This document shows, in pieces, positions 40,802-51,100 of a DNA stretch of 64,000 nt. A model generated the notes under the pieces. It saw only the letters and a list, made by a program, of their open reading frames with translations. It was not told the origin of the DNA and did no database searches. Source of the stretch: Candidatus Latescibacterota bacterium (GTDB lineage: Bacteria; Latescibacterota; UBA2968; SICM01). The position numbers were made by a program, and so were the translations under genes. Location: assembly GCA_965217865.1 (NCBI GenBank), contig CBDCJO010000002.1, positions 5,600,001 through 5,664,000 of the forward strand. Reading direction: 5' to 3'. The stretch's first letter is position 1; each line of letters starts with the position of its first letter.

Positions 40802-41120
40802 GTAACAGCGCGTTGATCTTTGCGGCCAGGATGAAGTCGTTTTCAGAAAGGCCTTCGATGGCGTGCGTCCAAAGGGTCATTTCAACCCGGTTGTAGTGGA
40901 CACAGAAATCCGGGTGATGGCCTTCGGATTCGGCGATTTCGGCCACTCGATTAATGAACCGCATCGCTCGCTTGAAGTTTTTAAACTTGATAACCCTCTT
41001 AAGCCTGTCCTGTCGAACCTCCCACTTCACGACCTCCTTGCACAGTTCGGAAATCCTTCCGGAATCCAGTTTTGGCACGCCCCTCTCGCAGGGCACGCAG
41101 GTTTTGCTTTTTAAATCCAC
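40785..41120 (-). CDS. phhB: Pterin-4-alpha-carbinolamine dehydratase
   Basis: CVPC, FKNF, AE.EGHHPD, THAI.GLSENDFILAAKI; GTG start with AAGGAG. Confidence 0.92.
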   Translation of the reverse strand: MDLKSKTCVPCERGVPKLDSGRISELCKEVVKWEVRQDRLKRVIKFKNFKRAMRFINRVAEIAESEGHHPDFCVHYNRVEMTLWTHAIEGLSENDFILAAKINALLPTPAK

Positions 41121-41341
41121 CTAAATCTCCTTTTGCCCGAGTAGGGTTGAACCACCTTGAGGGCTGCGGTTAAGCCTTTCCCGATCCATGTGGGAAGGAC
41201 CTGACAGGAAATGACAGGTAAGCGGGTACTCCTAAACCTGTGGGGACATCTGCGGGAATGACCCAATTTGCCTTTTGCAAGACTTATTGAATGAGGAAAT
41301 GTCGGATGGCGTAGAGTAATGGGGAAAAACTTTCGAGGGCT

Positions 41342-42385
41342 TCAACGCTCACCATCAGCTCCGGCTTCTCGTAAAAACTTGGCTGCGGCCTCAGGAGGGG
41401 TTGGATTGATGTAGAATCCCGTGCCCCACTCGAAACCCGCAACACGGGTCAACCTGGGGATGATTTCCAGATGCCAGTGAAAATCATAGGCCAGAGTCGC
41501 CCAGTAGCCAACTCGCCGGGGTTCCACCGAAGTGTTGGGCGCGGTGTGGAGGACAAAATTGTAAGGGGGGTCATTCAGGGTCAATTTCAACCGACCGAGG
41601 ACATCTCGAAGCGCGCTGGCAAGACTTTGAATCTGATCCTCTGAAATATGACTAAAATCGTGTGCGTGGTTCCGTGGTGACAGGACGATTTCGAAGGGGA
41701 ACCTTGAGGCATAGGGGGTGATCGCCACAAACTGACCATCATCATAAACGATACGCTCTCCCGAATCTATCTCCTGGCGGATCACGTCGCAGAAGAGGCA
41801 ACGCTCTTTCAGGATGTAGTGTTCCCGTGCCGCATCGAGTTCCTGGGCCACGATCTTTGGCGTGACCGGAGTAGCGATCACCTGGGTATGAGGATGGGAC
41901 AAAGATGCCCCAGCAGTAACTCCGTAATTCTTAAAAATCAAGACATAACGGAACCTCTGGTCCTTCATCAGGTCGATGAGTCTCTGCCGGTAGGCATGGA
42001 TCAGCTTTTCCAGGTGAGTCTGCTCCAGGTCCGAAAAGTTCAGATCATGCTTGGGGGTCTCGATCACCACCTCGTGCGCTCCGATCCCGTTCATACGATC
42101 GAACATACCGACCCCTTCCCGGCCTAGCTCACCTTCGATCCGTAGGGCCGCAAATTTATTGGAGACGACCCGAATGGTCCAACCCGGTCCGTTGGCCAGG
42201 CTGCCCGGGAGCCGGTCTGCAAGTATCTCGGGGGGGGTCTTATCTTCGTTCCCTTCACAGAAGGGGCAGAAACCCACTGGTGCATCCGATTCGCCGTCCT
42301 GGCTGTAATCGGAAGGTCTCCGTGCCCTTTCGGTTGCGATGATTACCCATCGCCTCTGGATCGGATCGTGCCGCAGTTCAGGCAT
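41342..42385 (-). CDS. galT: GalT-family hexose-1-phosphate nucleotidylyltransferase
   Basis: MPELR.DP, CPFCEGNE, GAHEVVIETP.H, GASLSHPHTQ, HWHLEIIPR, AGFE.GTG. Confidence 0.88.
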   Translation of the reverse strand: MPELRHDPIQRRWVIIATERARRPSDYSQDGESDAPVGFCPFCEGNEDKTPPEILADRLPGSLANGPGWTIRVVSNKFAALRIEGELGREGVGMFDRMNGIGAHEVVIETPKHDLNFSDLEQTHLEKLIHAYRQRLIDLMKDQRFRYVLIFKNYGVTAGASLSHPHTQVIATPVTPKIVAQELDAAREHYILKERCLFCDVIRQEIDSGERIVYDDGQFVAITPYASRFPFEIVLSPRNHAHDFSHISEDQIQSLASALRDVLGRLKLTLNDPPYNFVLHTAPNTSVEPRRVGYWATLAYDFHWHLEIIPRLTRVAGFEWGTGFYINPTPPEAAAKFLREAGADGER

Positions 42386-42504
42386 GAGCCCTCCCAAAAG
42401 AACAAGGACGGGAGACTTGGTGTTGAAGGCTGGCTTCACAGCCCCAAATCCACAATCCCTGACCCGGTTTTCCTATCCCTTCCCCCGTCCCCAATCCCCT
42501 TTTT

Positions 42505-43689
42505 CTATTTAGCCCATCCTACGATCGAAAAGGTCTGCCGGAAGAAAACTTCCTGAGCCCCATTCTTTTCCACGCTGCCCCGTTTCCCCACTTCAAAGGA
42601 TAATTCGAAAATACCCCAATTCCTCTGGAATGGGATCCCGGCCCCCAGACTCACTCCGGTCTCACCTACCGCATCTTTTCCGCCGGGTAATCCCGCGTAC
42701 TGAAGGACTTTCCGTTTTACTCCAAACCGGAGAGGAATTCGAAAGGACTTGCCCAGGGGATCTTCTTCGCCTGTGATATAACTGATCCCAGCCGCAAAAC
42801 CGTACGCGTTTCGATAACGATTGGGATCGATATCCTCCCAGAGCGAAAATCTCATATCCGCCGCAGCCATCCACTTACCCTCGGGGTCACTGTAGGCTGC
42901 CCCCAAACCGAATGATGCAGGCAGGTCGACATCTATAGAGGACTTTTGGATAAGACCGAACCGTGTCTCCAGGACTTGGGTCTGTTCGAGAGTTGTCCTT
43001 GGGGTCAAAAAAGCCCCAAAACTGTAATGTTTCTTCGTATTATAGGCCATTCCCACGGTCCAGCGATTCCCTCTATTTTGACGGTCGACGACATCCACCG
43101 AAGGGAAGATACTGGGGTCCTCAAAAATCCGGGTCCAGGTCTCCTGAATCGTCCCGGTGATGATCGCGTCGAGATTTGCTCCTAAGAAAAGACGGTCCTC
43201 TTTGAGTCTGGCCCCCAATCCAAAAGAAATCGCATGGATCCCTCCACGCATCTGAAGTTTCACCGTATCCGGTGCTCCCCCCCCCAAATCCAACTCAGAG
43301 AAGTCGAAGTTGACAGCCGTCACCGGCTCGACCCCAAATCTGAAGACAATCCCCTTGGGATGAGGCAAGACAATCCGGAAATAGCCCAGGTCTCCTTCTG
43401 TAAGCCGATTTTCAGCGAAGCGGTCCTTTGCCTTGCGCACTTCGGTGCGGAAAAGGACCGACATCCCAACATTTCGGAAGGACCCGAGCACCGCGGGATT
43501 CTCACGAACGAAGTTGCGGCCGTCAAGAACTGCTATCCCCACACCGCCCATGCCACTCGAACGGCCATCGGGACCCCACACTTCATCACCCTGTCCGATT
43601 CCAGAGAAGATCGTGGCCGAACATCCTTCCCGAACATTGAATAGGATGAGCATCGCCATCAAGCCTGCGATGACCGTTATCTTCCACAT
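42505..43689 (-). CDS. Outer-membrane beta-barrel, FadL/OmpP1/PorV-like
   Basis: Signal peptide; RSSGMGG..IA and NPA.L motifs; amphipathic beta-strands. Confidence 0.7.
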   Translation of the reverse strand: MWKITVIAGLMAMLILFNVREGCSATIFSGIGQGDEVWGPDGRSSGMGGVGIAVLDGRNFVRENPAVLGSFRNVGMSVLFRTEVRKAKDRFAENRLTEGDLGYFRIVLPHPKGIVFRFGVEPVTAVNFDFSELDLGGGAPDTVKLQMRGGIHAISFGLGARLKEDRLFLGANLDAIITGTIQETWTRIFEDPSIFPSVDVVDRQNRGNRWTVGMAYNTKKHYSFGAFLTPRTTLEQTQVLETRFGLIQKSSIDVDLPASFGLGAAYSDPEGKWMAAADMRFSLWEDIDPNRYRNAYGFAAGISYITGEEDPLGKSFRIPLRFGVKRKVLQYAGLPGGKDAVGETGVSLGAGIPFQRNWGIFELSFEVGKRGSVEKNGAQEVFFRQTFSIVGWAK

Positions 43690-43732
43690 AGAATCCTCTT
43701 ATAAAAGGCTCGAAGCCGGGATACCTGCGCCC

Positions 43733-44920
43733 TCACTCTCTTCCCGGCGGAAGAGAGTAGACGATCGTTAATTTCGGATTTTTAAATACCAACCATGTCA
43801 GGAGATCCTCTGTTCCGACGGAGCGGAGAACCAATCCATCATTGGGAACCCGTTCCGAGGTCCAATCCTGGACAATGAAAGGCCCCATTTCAAACCGGGT
43901 TCCAGTCTCCCCTACCAGGATCGTTATCCCCAGCCCGGGCACAAGGAGAGAATCTCCGGTTGTCGAATCGATAAGAAGGCGATCCACCTGCATGGAAAAC
44001 GTAATGGGAAAAGACTCAACCCGTGCAATATCCATCTCCAATAACGCTGAATTGATAGTCGCCTCAACGGGAAGGCTCTCAGGAAAAGAAAATACCATGT
44101 GTGTCCAGAATCGGATTCCAGATCCTACGATAAGTGCCGAGGGTTCCGGTCCCGAAGCCACTAGGGAACCGTAGTATGTGTCCGTAGTCGAAATAAAGGA
44201 AAATTTTTGAGGCACGTTATCGGGCCCGGGTACGGTCAGTTCGATAGAGGGGCGTCTTTCTAAATCATCTCCAAAAGCATTTGAGGAAACCCAGGAGGTC
44301 AAAAACTGTCCGCCGGATGCAGCCTGGAGGGCGATGGACACGGTATCCGGATCCCCTGCCCCCTCTGCCAAACCGAGCTTGGAAAGTACAAAAGACGGTG
44401 CCAGATCGATGACCGTGGTATCCCCACTCTGGATCACATCGGAGGGATCAATTCTGGCGAGAGATGGAGGGGTCTGGAGGGTTCCAGTCGTATCGGTGAA
44501 TGATGACAGGTCATCCCAAGGGGAAAGTGTCTCCCATAAGGTGAGGGTACCCTCCCCCGAGCTCTCCTCCACCCTCCTGTAAAGCAGGATCCTGGCCTGC
44601 TCAATCGTAAGATCAACCCCGCCTGTGAACGCAACCAACGAATCGGTTGGGATGGTAAATTGGACCAACGTCGTTACGCCGATCCCGTTTAATTCACCCG
44701 CCCTTATACTCGGCCTGAACCCGTTCTGGGTCGGTTCAAAACCTTGAAACTCTGAGAACTGCCGGACGGGCGTGATTCCCTCTATACGGACAACCGATCC
44801 GGCATCCCTACGGTTTACCAGTCCAGTTCCTACGGGGTTTCCGCCCCCCCCTCCGCAACCCAAAAAGAGGGCCATAACACCCAGGATGATGTATTTAGCG
44901 GAGAAAGTTAATCGCTGCAC
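43733..44920 (-). CDS. Lipoprotein of unknown function (DUF4270-like position and architecture)
   Basis: GTG start; lipobox FLGC; beta-rich; INSA.L and C-terminal PKLTIVYS. Confidence 0.6.
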   Translation of the reverse strand: MQRLTFSAKYIILGVMALFLGCGGGGGNPVGTGLVNRRDAGSVVRIEGITPVRQFSEFQGFEPTQNGFRPSIRAGELNGIGVTTLVQFTIPTDSLVAFTGGVDLTIEQARILLYRRVEESSGEGTLTLWETLSPWDDLSSFTDTTGTLQTPPSLARIDPSDVIQSGDTTVIDLAPSFVLSKLGLAEGAGDPDTVSIALQAASGGQFLTSWVSSNAFGDDLERRPSIELTVPGPDNVPQKFSFISTTDTYYGSLVASGPEPSALIVGSGIRFWTHMVFSFPESLPVEATINSALLEMDIARVESFPITFSMQVDRLLIDSTTGDSLLVPGLGITILVGETGTRFEMGPFIVQDWTSERVPNDGLVLRSVGTEDLLTWLVFKNPKLTIVYSLPPGRE

Positions 44921-44980
44921 GATTTCTCTCCAAAGGGAACAACCGTGATTTGTCGCAAAGAACCCTTATGGTCTTCATGG

Positions 44981-46720
44981 TTACTCTGCCCGTTCAAGTC
45001 CGGGAAGAAAGTATTCCTCGGCCACAACATCCCAGCTCATCTTGGAAGCGATACGGAAACCTTCAGCAAGGACTCTTTCGAGATCCTTCTTCGAGCGGGG
45101 AAGGCGTTCAAACACCATCTCTGCCACCTCCCGGCTATTCTGCGCCTCGATCCCGTCGCGAACGTACTGACCCAGTACCTTCAGATCTTCGAAGGACAGT
45201 TCGATCCCTCTCGGAAGTTGAGTATAATCGGCTACTATCGTGCGATCGGTTGATTCCTTACCTGCTGCCCGTTCCAGAAATCCGACGCATCCGCAGACAT
45301 TGCTCACCACACAGATCCCCCCGAAGCTGAGCGGTTCCACCTGGGCAATTCCAAAAGGCTCGTAGATCGACTGCCCGAATTCGAGGTCCGACCCCTTTCG
45401 GAGATCCATAAATACCATCCCCTCGGGCATCCGTTCACCGCATCTTTCCCTGTCCCATCCGAACTGGTTGACAAATATCACCTGAATGGCCTTTGCCCGC
45501 TTGTTGAAATCTTCCGCGCCAGCGTTGAAATCAGCCTCGTAACCGACCAGGTCCGGAAAACCGTCCCGGTGATTGACCGGCCAACCGTATTCAGATTCCA
45601 TCTTCCGGACATCTTTTTGATCGCGAGGGCCGACAATCGTGGACAAAATGAACAGGACCGCCGTTTCACCCGAATTCGCAAATTTTTCATCAAGGTGTTC
45701 CAGGACCCGGATGTCGCGCCAGAGGGCCTTGCTCGGGACCAGCCGGGTAACGTGTGTGAACACGAAATCGGGCCGATGGCCCAATAATCTTTCGGCATAC
45801 TCTTGAAGTTTCTGCTTTGAGTCGACCTTCTCTTCCATGGTAATCCGGAACGCAGGAACCCCGTTGTAGACAAGATCAACCTGGACACCGTCAAAAGATT
45901 TACCCATAAAGCCCAGTTCCTTCACGATGTAATCCCCAACCGCAAACCGATTATCGCAGAGGGTGGATCTTTCAATCAGGGCATGTTTATAAAAATGAGT
46001 CTGATCTCCGAATACATCCTCGACGTACTTTCCGTCTTCCAACGCTCGATCCATCAAGTTGTAGAACCGCGTGTCGTGCCCGATGTGCCCTTCCACAAGC
46101 GGCCGCATAGTGGCAACTTCGTGAGCGTAAAAGATGGTACGGAAATTTTCGTCCCCCGCAAGAATGGCTTTCAACGCAAGGGGCATCCCCATGTATTCGT
46201 GGGAGATGATGAAGCGCTTCCCTTCCTCATCCTTCGTCAAGGACTTAAGGGCCGCATAGCCCGGTTCGGCCAGACAAACATAAAGCTGATAATCATCAGA
46301 GGAATCATATCGGTCCGACTCGATTCCAAACTTTCGGTAGAGGTTATATTTGAAATTTGCCTCGATCCTGGGTTCCAGTTCAGAGGGATCGATCAACAAT
46401 ATCTCGGGATGGACCGTAACTCCCGCACCCGCATCAGATAAATTTCGGATTCCATAGACCAGGTTTACATTATATCGATCCTCCAATGCGGACATCTGAT
46501 CGTGAATACCACGCCGATCCACGCCCGTTATGGAAGAATACCATACCTCTCCGTTCTTTTCGATCGCTTTCTCGTCGTCGAAAGAAAAGAGGGGACCAAG
46601 CAAGATCGTTCGTCCAACCGATTCCTGATACCGCCTCGAAGTAAGGAGCCCCTGCAACACGGCCCCGATCCCACCAACCTTGTGAAGTGCCTCGTGCGTA
46701 ACGTGAATGACGGTTTTCAT
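44981..46720 (-). CDS. GT-B glycosyltransferase resembling GT3 (eukaryote-type) glycogen synthase
   Basis: HEA.HKVGGIG.V (KVGGI motif), HEYM, YNG, SIYEPFGIAQVE (ExxxxxxxE), W......Y C-terminus. Confidence 0.72.
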   Translation of the reverse strand: MKTVIHVTHEALHKVGGIGAVLQGLLTSRRYQESVGRTILLGPLFSFDDEKAIEKNGEVWYSSITGVDRRGIHDQMSALEDRYNVNLVYGIRNLSDAGAGVTVHPEILLIDPSELEPRIEANFKYNLYRKFGIESDRYDSSDDYQLYVCLAEPGYAALKSLTKDEEGKRFIISHEYMGMPLALKAILAGDENFRTIFYAHEVATMRPLVEGHIGHDTRFYNLMDRALEDGKYVEDVFGDQTHFYKHALIERSTLCDNRFAVGDYIVKELGFMGKSFDGVQVDLVYNGVPAFRITMEEKVDSKQKLQEYAERLLGHRPDFVFTHVTRLVPSKALWRDIRVLEHLDEKFANSGETAVLFILSTIVGPRDQKDVRKMESEYGWPVNHRDGFPDLVGYEADFNAGAEDFNKRAKAIQVIFVNQFGWDRERCGERMPEGMVFMDLRKGSDLEFGQSIYEPFGIAQVEPLSFGGICVVSNVCGCVGFLERAAGKESTDRTIVADYTQLPRGIELSFEDLKVLGQYVRDGIEAQNSREVAEMVFERLPRSKKDLERVLAEGFRIASKMSWDVVAEEYFLPGLERAE

Positions 46721-46762
46721 AATCTCACTTGTGGGTTCCGGATCTCCAACCTCGATATTCAC

Positions 46763-47101
46763 TCAACTCACAAACATATTGATGACCCAGCTCACCAGGC
46801 TGATCATGAACGCGCCCTTCACGGCAGTCCAGAGCCCGTCGATATAGAACCCATCCACAAAATACGCGACACTCCACAGAATCAGACCGTTTATGAGAAA
46901 TGTGATCAATCCCAACGAAAGGATAAAAAAGGGAAGTGTAACGATAAACAGGACCGGCTTGACGAAGGAATTGACGATCCCGAGCATAAATGCGACAACC
47001 AAGATCGTAACCGTCGATTCGTACCGGATCCCGGAAAAAAGATAGGAAGCGACCAACACAGCAAGAGCTGTGACTGCCCAGCGAATGAGAAAACTAACCA
47101 T
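46763..47101 (-). CDS. YvlD / 4-TM 'phage holin 4' family membrane protein
   Basis: LGIVN.FVKPVL...TLP..ILSLGL..FLING, GF.IDG. Confidence 0.85.
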   Translation of the reverse strand: MVSFLIRWAVTALAVLVASYLFSGIRYESTVTILVVAFMLGIVNSFVKPVLFIVTLPFFILSLGLITFLINGLILWSVAYFVDGFYIDGLWTAVKGAFMISLVSWVINMFVS

Positions 47102-47102
47102 G

Positions 47103-47181
47103 ATTTCGGATTGTGGATTGCAGAATGTGGATTGAAGCAAAACCCAACCTTCCAAAACCCGCAATCCCTGATCCGCAAATG
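47103..47181. repeat. Degenerate heptamer repeats (ATTGTGG/ATTGCAG) with an inverted arm
   Basis: atttcgg attgtgg attgcag aatgtgg attgaag ... ccgcaat ccctgat ccgcaaa. Confidence 0.55.
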
Positions 47182-47184
47182 CTT

Positions 47185-47805
47185 TTAATAGAGCTTGTCG
47201 ATAACCACATTCACATCCTTCTGCCCGGGTTTCACCAGGTCCTTGAACACACCGTCCATATCCCCCTTCATAGGGGGCCCCGCGAGTCCGTCCTGGTCGA
47301 TTCGCACCACGATGTACATCTCGTCGATATCCGCGAATACAAGCCCTTCCCCGAACATCGGTAACACATCCGGTTGACCTAAACTGTACCTGTGAGGAAA
47401 ATTGTGTATGTGCAACCGTTGAACGGCGTAAGGCGGGGGCCCACCCTGTTTACGCTCTCTCGCCATGAGAAAGATCACTGCGTGGGAAGGAATTCGATCT
47501 GCAAGCTGGGGGGAAACGGTAATAATCCCAGATACCGACGCTTCCGAGGAGGAAGCCGCCAAACCGACTGAACCCTGACCTCCTTCCGATCTCCGTTGGC
47601 CCATCGGGGTCATTGCCCTTGGCGAACGATTCCTGGGGGAAATATTCTTCCCCGACCCGCCCGTCTTTGCCATTGCGGACCGAGGGGGAGAATCCGCCTT
47701 ACCCCTCTCGAAGTTCTGGCTACAACCAACCCCGCAGGTCAGTACAATAAGACACAAATTCCCAAATTTCCTCACCAGGACTCCCAATGACTCTGAATCA
47801 CCCAT
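47185..47805 (-). CDS. Lipoprotein with a CcmI/CycH C-terminal-like Ig domain
   Basis: Lipobox-like GVGC; VSG.I.V, IFL.AR, GPPPYAV.R, FP..Y.L, RIDQDG, GD..G, V.ID. Confidence 0.65.
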   Translation of the reverse strand: MGDSESLGVLVRKFGNLCLIVLTCGVGCSQNFERGKADSPPRSAMAKTGGSGKNISPRNRSPRAMTPMGQRRSEGGQGSVGLAASSSEASVSGIITVSPQLADRIPSHAVIFLMARERKQGGPPPYAVQRLHIHNFPHRYSLGQPDVLPMFGEGLVFADIDEMYIVVRIDQDGLAGPPMKGDMDGVFKDLVKPGQKDVNVVIDKLY

Positions 47806-48142
47806 AAAAACCGGGTCGCGTCGAACGTCGCGACCCTAAGAATCCAAGAAACCGGTATTTAGTTGAATATATCCAGATCGTATGATGATGTCAAGACCTC
47901 AGGTCCATCGGGGAAATCATCTTTTAACTGACCGATTTGCGATAAAATCAAATTTTTAACGCCCGGACTCCTGATCGGTTCAGTCAGGATCAACGATGCC
48001 CTTAAAAAGAGCACACAAAGTGTCTAATCTAGACCCAATAGCGGAGGTCGCTGATGTCCTTAACACGGAAAAAGAAGCGATGGGTCGTTTACCTTACACA
48101 AAAAAACGGGCGACCAAAAGGGTCGCCCTGATCGCTGTGGCT

Positions 48143-48172
48143 GTAGGGGCGCACCTGCGTGTGCGCCCCTGC
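48143..48172. repeat. GTAG-type REP-like palindrome
   Basis: GTAGGGGCGCAC-CTGCGT-GTGCGCCCCTGC. Confidence 0.75.
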
Positions 48173-51100
48173 GTGTCCCGCCCGTCCCAGGCGATTGTGT
48201 AGAAACCTGTGGGCTGGAGTTCGTTCACAAGCTGCGCCACCTGCTGACCCAGGATGTTGTAGACCAGGATCGAGACCCGGGCATCCTCCGGGATCCCATA
48301 GCGGATCGTGGTGATCGGGTTGAACGGATTTGGATAGTTATGCTTCAGGAGGACCTGATTCGGAAGCAGGGACAGTCTTGCGGACGAAAGGTCGCCTGGT
48401 ATCCGCATCTCTCCCTCTGAATCCAGCAAAACCATCTCCGACACCTCTGCGTGCGGCTCCAGAGAGGAGACTTTCACCCGGAACCGCAGGTCGGCCAGGT
48501 TTGTTTCTTCCGAGGCTTCCCCTTCCGCCCCTTCCGACTCCTCCGCTTCGCTCACAATTCCCTCCCCGTAGTTCAAGATCACCGCTTCATTGATATCGGG
48601 CCTGATGACCTTTGCCAACAAGAAGATCGTCTCGTTGCCCGAACTGTCCTCCGAGATTACACGGTACTCGTAGGTCGTCCCGGACAACAGCCCCTCAAGA
48701 TCGATCCGTTGATCCAGGCCGGGATCCCCCGGGTCCGAGCCCATAAAGTCCGTTTCCCCGCTCTCTCGGTACTCCACCCGGGGCGTGCTCTCTTCGTCCA
48801 CGGACCAGAGCACCGTGACCGCGGTCTCCCCGATCCCCTCGACCCTTGGAACCCCCAGGACAACCGGGCTCTGCGTATCTCCCTCTGTCGTAAAACTCCG
48901 GACCGCCCCCTCCGCTCTCCCGCCCCTTCCGTCACCCGCGACCACGTGCCAGGTATAGACGGTGCTCTCTGAAAGGGGTCCGATCGAAAACACGTTTTCG
49001 ATCGTGCTCCCCACCTGCAACCGTTCACAAACAGGTCGTACGTGGTCGAGTCCCCCTCCGGGTCCGTCGCAGCCTCCCAGGTCAGGGTTGGATTCAGCGA
49101 AACGCCTGTCTCCCCCTCCCCGGGTGCGAGAGAAACCGGAGCCGTGGGGGAAAGGTTCGGGTCAACGACGATCAGGTCGTCGACCGTATGGGTGTCCGTA
49201 CCGGCCGGACCCGTGACCACAAGGGACACCGTAAAGCTTCCATCAGCCGTATAGGTGTGGGCCGGACTCTGATCCTCCGAACCGGTCCCGCTTAGCGCCA
49301 CGATCGCAGGAGTTTCCGCCCTGTGAACGATCGACAGCGATGCGGATTTCTCCCCCTCCGAATCGGGGGTGAAGCTCACCACGACAGGGACACTTTCGCC
49401 CGGCTGCACGGTGAACGTGGTCGCACTGACCGTGAACGCATCCCCATCGTCTCCGGTAACCGCGATATCCGAGACCACCAGCTCAGCGTCCCCGGAATTC
49501 CCGATCGTAAACGTTATCTCCGAGGCCCCCCCCACCTTCGTGTCCTCCATCTCCAGGACCGTCACCGAAAGGTTGATGATCGGGGCCGGCTCGGGCGGCT
49601 GTTCTGTCCCGGTCCCGGTCAACGCGAGCTCCAGCGGACTCCCTGCCGCGTCGTGGGAGATCGAGAGCGTCGCGGACTTCTCTCCCTCGTCAACCGGAGA
49701 GAACGTCACCGTCACCGTGGCGTTGTCCCCCGGGGCAATCGTGATCGTGACCTGGCTAACCGAGAATGCCTCGGAATCCGGGCCCGATACCGTCACCGCA
49801 GAGACATCCAGCGGGGCTGTCCGCGAGTTGCTCAGAATGAGCGAGAGAGACTTATCCCCACCGACCTGCACGTCCCCGAACGGGAGCGCCGCTGCGGAGG
49901 CCGTGATCGCCGGTGCGGCCGCGATCCCGGTGCCGGTCAGCGACACGGTCGTCGGACTCCCCGGGGCATTGTGCGAGATCGAAAGACTGGCGGATTTCCC
50001 GCCCGCGGTTGAGGGTGTAAATGTCACCGCAAAAACCGCAGCCGGCGCCCCTGCAGCGATTGTGGCCGTGATCGGAGAAACGGAGAAATGCGCCTGATCC
50101 GTCCCACCCACCGTGATCCCCGTGATGGAAAGATCCGCGTTGCCCGTGTTGGAAACCGAGAGAGAAAGCGCATTGCTCTGGGCCACCTGTACGTTCCCGA
50201 ATGCAAGATTCGTAGTGGAAAGAGATATGACTGGTACAGGAGGAGGTGGAGCGGTCGTCCCGTTGCCGGACAAGGCAATCGATGAGGGGCTCCCCGCGGC
50301 GTTGTGGGCTATCGACAGAGAAGCCGACTTCGCGCCAGCAGAGGTCGGTATAAACGTAACCGTAAAAACCGCAGCCGACGGCCCTGCAGCGATTGTGGCC
50401 GTGGTCGAAGAAACCGAGAACTGCGCCGCATCCGTCCCAGTCACTGTGATGCCCGTAACCGATAGCGTATCTGTCCCTGTGTTGGAAATCGATAAGGAGA
50501 GTGGCTTGCTCTGGCCGATTTGCACGTCCCCGAAAGGCAGAGGGGACGGAGAGATGGATATGACCGGTGCGATGGACCCCGCGGCCTCGCCCGAGGCCCC
50601 GCTCAGGTTCCCGGTGCTGTCAACAGCCGCAATCTTGAAGTAGAAGCTCCCGGCGGTCAATCCAATGTTTGTATATGATGTCCCGGGTTGGTCCACGCGA
50701 GCGATCGAATCCGGCGACGCGGGTGTAAATCCCGCAGTATTGCTTCGGTAGATGATGTAGTGGGAGAGATCAAGGTCCGTATTGGCCGTCCAGGTAAGGG
50801 CCATCTGGTTGTTCCCGACAGCAGCCGTCAGACCCGAGGGTGCGGCCGGCGGGGTCGTGTCGATCCCCGTCCCGGACAAGGAGACGGTTTTCGTCGGGGC
50901 CGTCGCGTCGTTGCTGGTGATCGTAAGGGTCCCCGTCTTCGAGCCCGTCGAAGTCGGCGCGAAAGTCACGGTCACCGTCGAGCTGTCCCCGCCGTTGATG
51001 TTGAAGCTCGGGGGCACCACAGGCGAGACGCTAAACTGATCCGAATCGTCCGTAAGACCCGATACGGTGAGCGTAAGGTCCCCGTCGTTCTTGATCTGAA

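Noticed and set aside
41121-41341. Structured ncRNA (6S RNA or riboswitch) upstream of phhB
   Set aside because: Only short hairpins were seen and no family motif was recognisable by eye; an Rfam/Infernal scan would be needed.
46763-47101. Prophage lysis gene
   Set aside because: YvlD-type 4-TM proteins are common chromosomal genes, and no endolysin, structural or integrase genes are nearby.
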